From Octopus sinensis (taxonomy: Eukaryota): 64,000 nt of DNA. Numbering within the stretch: the stretch's first letter is position 1; each line of letters starts with the position of its first letter. The stretch spans positions 93,372,001-93,436,000 of the forward strand of contig NC_042997.1 of assembly GCF_006345805.1 (NCBI RefSeq). Direction: 5' to 3'. A model generated the notes under the pieces. The model saw nothing but the letters and a program-made list of their open reading frames with translations. It searched no databases and had not been told where the DNA came from. Positions 54,858 through 64,000 of this stretch are shown piece by piece. The position numbers and the translations under genes are program-made.

Positions 54858-56486
54858 CAGTTGCGGCCAAAATGTTCAGAACGGCATTGTTTTCGCCAGA
54901 AAAGTAGATATAAGTTTTTATCAAAGTTGTTTTATATTCTATAATTTTTACAGACAATAAATACGATATTAATTGTTATTGACTGAGATTTTAGTGTAAT
55001 TTGAGAGGATAATACAAAAGTTATGGATGATTTAGTGATTTACTGCAAAACCCATGGCGGCCAAAATGATCAGAACGGTTGCTTTTACTCCGTGTTTTAG
55101 TATATTTAACCGGTGAACTCTAATGTTTTGAATTTGTTTACGTGATGGTTCGTTTACTAAACATTAGTAAGAATATCTGCAGTGTACTTTGTTAATATAA
55201 TGCCACTTACTCCGTTACCAATTCATCAGCAGATTATTAAGCTTCAAAAGAAGGATAATTTTAGTATTGGGTCTATTGCAAAGATTGTTAACAAGTCAAA
55301 AAGTGTTGTTCCCGGTATTCCTAAGGTCTTCGATGATTGTGGTTCGTGTGAAGCAAGAAAGCCTACAGGTAGGCCAAGAAAAACGACCAAGAGAGAAGAT
55401 CCTGCTATGGTAAAGTTGGTTAAAAAGGACAGATTTAAAACTGCTGCTGCTGTTTCTCGGGAAATGAGCATTGTACTGAAGAAAATGTTATCTCGAAAAA
55501 CTGTGTCTCATCGTTTAGTTGAACATAACCTACAAGCAAGAGCACCTGCAGTGAAGCCACTGATCAGCTCCAAAAATAAAAAGTGTCGTCTTACCTTTGC
55601 AACCGAACATGTGTTATGGTCTCAAGAAAAATGGCAAACGGTGCATTTCAGTGATGAATCTAAGTTTATGTTATTTGGCTCAGATGGGAAAAGGTACGTT
55701 CGTTGAAAAGTAGGTGAAAAATTGTCGCCTAAATGCCTTAAGACTAGTGTTAAATTCGATGGAGGAAGTGTCATGGTTTGGGGGATGATATCTGGAGATG
55801 GTGTGGGCTCTTTGGTGCGATTACACGGAAAGGTAAATGCAGGAGTTTATAAACAACTTGTAAAAGATCATGTCTTGCCTGTGCTGAGAAATTTAACTAA
55901 GCGACCACCCATATTCATGCAGGGCAATGCCCCATGTCACAAGGCTAAGGTGGTTATGAACTTCCTCAAGGCTGAAAAGGTTATTATTATGGATTGGCCT
56001 GCTCAAAGCCCAGATCTCAATCCTATTGAAAATGTGTGGAATATTCTAGGAGAACATTCGAAATCCAGAAATCCTAAGACAATCGAGCAATTATGGAATG
56101 CCCTTCAGGAAGAATGGAATAAGATCACCAAGCAAGAAATTGAAATTTTAATTTCCTCATGCAGTCGAAGATGTCAAAGTGTGATTGAAGCTAAAGGGCT
56201 TCACACTAAATATTAAATAATTCCAGTATTCTCTGTCATTTTTTATTATTTTGTTATTTTTTCAACCGTTCTGATCATTTTGGCCGCCATGGGTTTTGCA
56301 GTAAATCACTAAATCATTCATAACTTTTGTATTATCCTCTCGAATTACACCAAAATCTCAGACAATAACAATTAATATTGTATTAATTGTCTGTGAAAAT
56401 TATAGAACATAAAACAACTTAGATAAAAACTTATATCTACTTTTCTGGCGAAAACAATGCCGTTCTGAACATTTTGGCCGCAACTG
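54858..56486 (+). mobile_element. Tc1-family (DD34E) DNA transposon with IR/DR terminal repeats
   Basis: About 223-bp TIRs (54858-55081, 56263-56486) beginning CAGTTGCGGCCAAAATG; TA on both sides; transposase 55200-56216 with GRPRK, FSDESKF, WGMIS, SPDLNPIE. Confidence 0.95.
55200..56216 (+). pseudogene. Tc1 transposase with one premature TGA (55704) and the second catalytic Asp changed to Gly (QGNAPCH)
   Basis: The two ORF-track halves are in the same frame; 34-residue spacing from the mutated D position to the catalytic E. Confidence 0.9.
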
Positions 56487-56499
56487 TATATGTATATAT

Positions 56500-56552
<53 letters not shown>

Positions 56553-56894
56553 TAAATTAGAGATAAAACCACTATTAGGCAAATCAAACAGTGAAAAACA
56601 TAAACCAAAACATAAAAATAAATATAATTAATATAATATACAAAATATATAAAATTTCAAATTTCAAATTAAAATATTTAAATTAAAATTTTTTTTTAAT
56701 TCATATTTATAAATTTTTATATTTTTTTATTTTCTTTAAAATTTAAATTTGTAAATTTTTAAACTTTTAATTTTTTAATATTATAATTTTTATAATTTTT
56801 TTTATATATAACTATCAAAAAGGTATTAAAAATAAGTAGACATGCTTTTTTGCGGAGTAATAATTTTATTTTTATAATAATGTTTACAGTACAT

Positions 56895-57070
56895 TATTTA
56901 CATCTGACCGATATTTGTCCTCATCTTGTTTGTTGTTAACACAATGTTTCGGCTGATATACCCTCCAGCCTTCATCAAGACACCTGATGAAGGCTGGAGG
57001 GTATATCAACCGAAACATTGTGTAAACAACAAACAAGATGAGGATAAATATCTGTCAAATGTAAATAATG
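56895..57070. repeat. Fold-back element with hammerhead core
   Basis: GACAC-CTGATGA-AGGCTG...CAACC-GAAAC-ATT-GTGT at 56979-57023, mirrored in the left arm. Confidence 0.82.
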
Positions 57071-57789
57071 TAAATAATGTACATAATTCCACATCTCTTA
57101 AATATAGAACTGTATGTTTACAGTACTCCTTTTCATCTTCTACTACTATAACTACAGACATGCTTTTGCAATTTTTTTTATTTATAATTTTTGCTATCTA
57201 AATTTGTTGTTATTTAAGCAACCAGCAAAGTATACATTTTTCAGTTTGAAAACGACTATTTGAAGCTTGTATAAAAATTATCCTCCCAAAAAAGCCATCT
57301 CTACTCATTTTTCAAATATATAATACTGTATATATATATTCACACACATACCTAAATATATATATATATTCACACACATACCTAAATATATATATATATA
57401 TATTGTTGTGGCACTTCGTCAGTTACGACGACGAGGATTCCAGTTGATCCGATCAACTGAACGGTCTGCTCGTGAAATTAATGTGCTAGTGGCTGAGCAC
57501 TCCACAGACACATGTACCCTTAACGTAGTTCTCAGGGAGATTCAGTGTGACACTGAGTGTGACAAGACTGGCCCTTTGAGATATAGGTACACCAGAAACA
57601 GGAAGAAAGAGTGAGAGAAAATTATGGTGAAAGAATACAGAAGGGTTCGCCACCACCTCCTGCTTGAGCCTCGTGGAGCTTTAGGTGTTTTCGTTAAATA
57701 AACACTCACAATGCCGGGTCTGGGGATCAAAACTGTGATCCTATGACTGCCGGTCTGCTACCCTAACCACGGGACCATTGTGCTTCCAC

Positions 57790-57832
<43 letters not shown>

Positions 57833-58573
57833 GACTATGTAGGAGTAAATTATCCATGCAGGTACTGTAATTGCTCTCAGGGATATTTTAACTAACTGAT
57901 TATGCTGTAAAACTAACTGCTAGATTAAAAGAAAAATTTGAAGATGTACCAGTCTCCATATTCAATAATATATATATATTTATCTGTACTCCATCCCCCT
58001 TTCCCATCCCCCTACTCTTCTCATCCCTCCTGCTCCTCTCGCATCCCCCCTCATAATATCATGACCACCAACTAACACTCCTTTTTTCATTTTCTCTGCC
58101 TCTTTCTTTCTTCTTTCCTCACCTATTCCTTTTCACCATTCTCCTCATTTTAACATACACATCTTTTCTCTCCTCTCTATGTTACACTACCACTACATTC
58201 TCAAAATTTCACTCACTCTTCAAGACACAGCCTTGGCTGTGTTGTCTCATTTTATTTAACATATACATGCTCATACAAGACCTGAATTAGACTCCTCACT
58301 CGTATTATTATTTAAACAACAGTTTAACTATGGTCCTTCCATAGCACTTACATAGCCTTACTTGCCACCTTGGGTCTTCTGGATACAAATATCTCTCATA
58401 TATATATATATATATTTATTCATATATATATATATATTATATATATATATATATATAATATGCACACATAGATAGGTAGATAGACAGACAAACAGACAGA
58501 CAGACAGGCAGGCAGACAGACAGATATATGCTTTCATAAAACACTCTTTTTAAACTGTTTCAATAATTTTCAG

Positions 58574-58776
58574 ATGATCTTTTTGCAAAATCATGAAATG
58601 AATTCTACAATTCCAGTAGACTACCAAGGACTTTTAGCATCTGAAATTCAGTTTCAGACATTACTTACACAGCTGATTGATCATCCTCCAAAATTTATAT
58701 GGGGCGTCAGTATGGATGATTTTGATGATGCATTTATAGGATTTGATGGCAATTTTGTAATCCAATATTTCACCAC
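58574..58776 (+). CDS. Exon B6 (phase 0-2): MIFLQNHEMNSTIPVDYQG...LIDHPPKFIWG...QYFT(T)
   Basis: ttttcag acceptor, gtatgt donor, 203 nt; PPK-x-IW motif shared with B5. Confidence 0.89.
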
Positions 58777-59028
58777 GTATGTAATCTATACTTATATTTG
58801 TCTATGAAAGTCTTATCTATTGCTCTGTATGTCATCTCTGAAACAAGCTGAATAAGTGTATTTTTAAAACATAACAATTTTAGTTATATTTTCTTGCAGA
58901 AATACCATCTTTTAGACAGATTTCTGCTAGAATATGTCACAGTTGCTTGTAGGAAACTTCTGTGATGTGCATTTCTACTGATAAAATGCATATGTGTGTG
59001 TATGTGTGTCAGTGATTTTAAACACACG

Positions 59029-59059
<31 letters not shown>

Positions 59060-59231
59060 GCACACATACATACATACATACATACTTACACACACATACA
59101 TACATACATACATACATACATACATCATCATTTTTGTTTAGATGTCAAACAATATCTGGAAAGCAATATATATATATTTCGTTTTTGGATTTGGTTTGCA
59201 AGATTCTTTATATGAGTTCGTGTGTTGAAGC

Positions 59232-59500
59232 ATATTCTGTTGTGACTGGGGAGAGTCATTTTCTTTTTGTGCCTTATTCTTTAACACACTCACCAGTAAA
59301 ATTTCCACTTATTTCTTATTTTTATTTTCTAAAATTTTCGTTGCATGTTGCAACCTTTTCAGAGTCAAAACTGTTGAAAAGGTTGCAACACGCAACGAAA
59401 ATTTTAGAAAATAAAAGTAAGAAATAAGTGGAAATTTTACCGGTGAGTGTGTTAAATAAGGCATAAAAAGAAAATGACTCTCCCCAGACACAACAGAATA
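59232..59500. repeat. Fold-back element (single-arm relative at about 8765-8950)
   Basis: About 130-bp near-perfect arms; CTGAAAA-G-GTTGC-loop-GCAAC-GAAA variant core. Confidence 0.85.
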
Positions 59501-59947
59501 TATATATTATATATGTGTGTGTGTGTGTGTGTGTGTGAAGTAATTTTGATATATAGTAAAAATTGTCACAAATAGTTCAAAGTATCTCAAAGAAAAACTT
59601 TTTGTAATCACTTCTTATTTTTAATGAGAACAATTAAATGGAAGCAGAAACAAGGGAGAGAGAGAGAGAGAGAGAGGAAGATAATTTTGCAAAATGAAAG
59701 TAACAGAGTGTGCTGGAAAAGACAAAATGTTTTAAATGAAATGACGGTGAAAGGATTATGAATAAAGGTTGTGTTTGTGTGCTTGTATGTGTGTAAGAGA
59801 GAGAGAGAAAGATAGAGAAAGAGAGATGAAGACTAAATAATGAAAATGATGTTGAAAAAGAAATAAATGACAATAAATAAACATAATGTTGATTTAAGCA
59901 GAAAATAATCCAAGGTTTTCATTATTTTAAGGACCACATTTCAACTG

Positions 59948-60206
59948 CAGTAATCCCTCGACTATTGCAGATGTTACGTTTCAACCCCCCCCCCAACCCC
60001 CACGATAGGTGAAAATCCACGAAGTAGAAACAGTACTGTACTGTAAATTTTTTCAATTATTTTTACAATTTGTATATATTTATTTTCTTATAAGTGCAAA
60101 ACAACCCGACAGAGGTATCAAAGTAAGCTTAAATAATAAACCATGATAGGTGAAACGTGGTAGGTGAACTGCAATAGGTGAACTGCGATATGGTAAGGGA
60201 TTACTG
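59948..60206. mobile_element. pogo/Tigger-like MITE
   Basis: Termini CAGTAATCCCT... / ...AGGGATTACTG with internal GATAGGTGAA repeats. Confidence 0.65.
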
Positions 60207-60644
60207 AAATTAGATGCACCCAGGACATAACATTGGAAACTTTGTAATACAATTTTTTAATTATTCTTGCTATAAAAGCCTCATGGTAAACTTTTAAGCA
60301 CTCTAGTTTTAATTTTTAAATACTTTGCAGAATAAAGTTAAGGTTATTGAAGGCCATGTTTTCCATGAGCTTTAGATTCTCTAGTTCCTATAGTTCTCTG
60401 GTTGAAACATTTGACAACTTGAGTTTAATTTCATTATCCCTTAAATATGGTACCAAGTGAGCCTGAAACTCTTATTTCTAATGATGAAAAATTGCATTAT
60501 GATTATTGTTATAATTCCGCTGAGGTTAACTTTGCCTTTTATCTTTTTGGAGTCAATGAAATAAGTACCAGTTATGCGCTGGGATCAATATAATTGACTA
60601 TCCCCCACCCCAAAATTTCAGGCTTTGTGCCTTTAGTAGAAAGG

Positions 60645-60675
<31 letters not shown>

Positions 60676-62195
60676 CTTTTTTTTTTCTTCTTTCAAATTT
60701 ACTTCCATTTCTTGCCGAGTGTCTTCCCGACTCCTAGGGCAAAGAAACTCATAGTATACATTGGTAGGCCATTAAACTAAACTCAATAGTTCGTTCATTT
60801 TTTTTTTTTTTTTTTAAGTTAAATTAAAATACATGAGCAGCAACAGTTCTCACATCGACAATGCTCTTCTCAATACGTGTGATGTACCAGTTAAGACAAT
60901 CTTTTGCACTTCTTGCAGGGATGGTAAGCCAGGGATCATTCTCATATAATTTTCGGTTCCCTTCTTGATCATTCCCAGCGCCCCCACGATCACCGGTACC
61001 GCAACCGCCCTGAGATGCCACATTTTCTCAATTTCAATGAGTAGGTCTTTATATTTTCTGAGCTTGTCAAACTCTTTCGCTGAGATATTATGATCACAGG
61101 GGATGCTCATGTCAATCAATAAGCAAACTTTATTGTTTTGGTCTTTCACAACAATATCTGGTTTATTGGCCTTGATGGTTCGGTCTGTATGTATTGGAAA
61201 GTCCCACAGAATGGTTACATTTTCTCCTTCAGTTACAGCCTCAGGGTGGTGATTATACCACTTGTCGGCAGTTTTGATATTGTAATGCCGACTTATTAGC
61301 CAGTGTAGATATTGGCCAACTCTGTCATGTCTTAATTTATACTCCACTGGAGCTAAGACTTTACATCCAGAGATTAGGTGGTCCACTGTTTCAATCATGT
61401 CGTTGCAGAATTGGCATTTTGGGTTTGCTCCATTTTTCATCACATTGGCCTGGTAGTTCCGGGTTAATAGGCTTTGATCTTGAGCAGCCAGGATGAAACC
61501 TTCGCTCTCTGCTTTTAGCCCTGAGCTCCGTAGCCACTGATGGGTTTGCTTCTGGTCAACATCAGCTTGTTTGCTGCGGGTCACATATTTGCCGTGCAGA
61601 GGTTTCTCCTCCCACCTATCAGCCAATTGCTCGTGTGCTTTTTTCGTTGCCATTATTTTCACCTTCTTTGCAACAATAATTGCCGTACTTCCCTCGGGTT
61701 GTTCTGTTTGGGTATCCTGCACGAGATCAATAGCAAATTTTTTGCTTTCCTTTATGATAGAATGAAGCTTCTTTCGTCTCTCGTGATTTTCCACGAGCTT
61801 TAGCATCCAGTCATTCGATATTTCAAGATATTTGGCCAGTCCAATTGTGGTTGTTTTGTAAGCTAGTTCAAATTGGATCAGGCCTCGACCTCCTTGGGCT
61901 CTGGGAAGGTAAAGGCGATCTACGTCTGCCTTTGGGTGGTGCATCCTATTACAACTCAGCAGCTTGCGTATTTTCCTATCTATATTTTTTACTTCACTCA
62001 TATTCCAGTTCAACACATTGTAGCTATAAGTAACAACTGGAACTGCTAAGGAATTTATAGCTAACACCTTGTTACGTGCATTTAGTTCAGATTTCAGGAC
62101 TGCACGAACTCTCCTATAACATTCCTTCCTGATCTTCTCTTTCATGCTTGCATGCTGAATACCAGAGCCTTCATTTATCCCTAAATATTTGTATG
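60676..62195 (-). mobile_element. 5'-truncated R4/Dong-like RLE non-LTR retrotransposon
   Basis: Uninterrupted ORF from KYLG (RT thumb) through GGRGL, CQFC...HLISGC, RHD and NKPDIVV...LIDMSIP endonuclease to the stop at 60850; (TAA)n arrays at both junctions. Confidence 0.88.
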
Positions 62196-62210
62196 TTATT
62201 ATTATTATTA

Positions 62211-62268
<58 letters not shown>

Positions 62269-62271
62269 CAT

Positions 62272-62500
62272 AAAGTTGGTGAGCTGGTAGAACTGCTAGC
62301 ATGTCAGGCAAAATGCTTAGTGGTATTTTGCCCATCTCTATGTTTTGAGTTCAAATTCTGCCAGGGTCAACTTTGCCTTTCATCCTTTTGGAGTCAATAA
62401 ATTAAGTACCAGTTATGTACTGGGGAATTGTAATCGACTTACCCCCTCCCCCACAATTTCAGGCCTTGTGCTTTAGTAGAAAGGATTATTATTATTATTA
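62272..62500 (+). mobile_element. SINE with GCCTTTCATCCTTT...AAGTACCAG central domain and (ATT)n tail (copies near 16788-17000, 19712-19930, 21562-21690, 60515-60675; minus-strand copies near 17145-17325, 32315-32515, 47595-47795)
   Basis: Multiple mutually alignable copies with a GAGTTCAAATTC B-box-like motif. Confidence 0.72.
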
Positions 62501-62692
62501 TAAGAGCATTGGGTGACAAGGAAGAATAATTTCAACACTAATAAATAATTACACTAAACTTCTGTCAGAGAGAGAAAGAGACAAACAGCTAAACAGGCAG
62601 ACAGACAGACAGATATATGCTCATGCATACTCAAATATAAATACATATACACATATAATGTGTTAAAAACATGTGAATTTGCTTCTTTTTAG

Positions 62693-62841
62693 AGCTGGAT
62701 TAAATTACCTGAGACTTATGCAACAAATCGATATTTCCAAACTGCCAACACATTTGCGAGACATGGTTCTAAGAGAGAGGGTAAAAGATTATGTTATGTT
62801 TAATCTCCTTGACTTCATCACCCAGAATATACAGGCATTAG
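62693..62841 (+). CDS. Exon C6 (phase 2-1): AGLNYLRLMQQIDISKLPTHL...FNLLDFITQNIQAL
   Basis: tttttag acceptor, gtaaga donor, 149 nt; the gene continues past the window end. Confidence 0.87.
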
Positions 62842-63707
62842 GTAAGACTTCACAGCTACCTACTTTTTCATGTCAAACTTTGTATACAATAATATAATTT
62901 CTTTTGACTAGACAAAACACTAATATTTTACTTTATGATGGACTTCTTGTATGAATAGCTGTTTGATACCTTTTAAGGTGGTACATTTAAAGAACATTAA
63001 AGAACCCTGTATTGTGGTACATTTAAAGAACATTTGCTAGAATATTTGTGCTTAAATATAACATGACAAAAAGAAAGCAAAATGTTGAAATTAACATAAT
63101 TAACTTAGAATTAAGAAGAGATAAAAATAAATGCTGTCAGTCATATGGCAATTTTACCATTTTGCCAATTCAACCCATCTCAAAGGCTTTACAATTATTT
63201 TCTTACTGAGATAAACAAGCTAAAATATGCTAAACATTTAGTCTAGCACCTTCATTTTCTCTTCAATATATTGTTGATGTTTCACTAACACACAGGCCAC
63301 AAATTTACAGAGGAATAGAATAAGACTATGTGACATACATTGTTGCATCAAGAAAGTTAATAACATGAGTGATATGAGTTAATGTCAAGTTTACAGTAGT
63401 AAACAAGGAGTTTAGATGCTCTATGACAAGTAAATTCTTGATACAAACCTTAAAAACAGTTGTTATTGTTGTATCAAATTATATTAAAAGTCACAATTAG
63501 AAAAGAAATTTGTATTTCTGAATTATTTTTTACAATAGGTGCAGGAGTGACTGTGTGGTAAGTAGCTTGCTTACGAACCACATGGTTCTGGGTTCAATCC
63601 AACTGCATGGCACCTTGGGCAAGTGTCTTCTACTATAGCCTCGGGCTGACCAAAGTCTTGTAAGTGGATTTGGTAGATGGAAACTGAAAGAGGCCCGTTG
63701 TATATAT

Positions 63708-63759
<52 letters not shown>

Positions 63760-64000
63760 TTGTTGTGCAAGATTTTTTATGTGAAGTCGTGTGTTGAAAC
63801 AGATATTGTTACATTTCGGAATGGTCATTTTGCCAGTTTAGCCAATAAAAACACACGCACTATATATTTGGTGTTATTTTGCTTCAGTGTTATTTATTTT
63901 TTACATTAATCTTAATCTTATTTCGGGCAGAGTTCTTTTGTCACACTCCTGTGACCGCATCAGTGGTCCTTTGTTTTCTTCTTTCTTATTTGTGTCTCTC

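Noticed and set aside
62196-62271. Poly-Ile N-terminus of the 473-aa ORF, resembling a signal or TM segment
   Set aside because: It is the (TAA)n target array read in frame with the truncated retroelement.

Overview
AT-rich, microsatellite- and transposon-laden eukaryotic DNA. The SINE families resemble those I recall from octopod cephalopods (inference, not checked). The whole window lies inside one large plus-strand gene whose start and end are outside the window. I reconstructed 23 GT-AG coding exons (about 4,132 nt, about 1,377 aa, no in-frame stop). They form a strictly periodic four-exon cassette A(phase 0-0)-B(0-2)-C(2-1)-D(1-0), repeated 5.75 times. Each unit is about 228-247 aa, amphipathic-helical and rich in N-glycosylation sequons, with exactly two Cys, both in exon A. 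My working hypothesis is a tandemly amplified ABCA-type extracellular module. The introns hold a near full-length HERO-like RLE retrotransposon in (TA)n, a young R4/Dong-like 3' fragment in (TAA)n, and three stacked Tx1/L1-like 3' fragments in (GATA)n. They also hold a nearly intact IR/DR Tc1 element, two decayed mariners, Helitron remnants, MITEs and many SINEs. At least seven unrelated fold-back (inverted-repeat) elements carry hammerhead-ribozyme cores of the Penelope-like type, and one of these (54259-54378) has an intact core on the sense strand of the pre-mRNA. All coordinates were read by eye.
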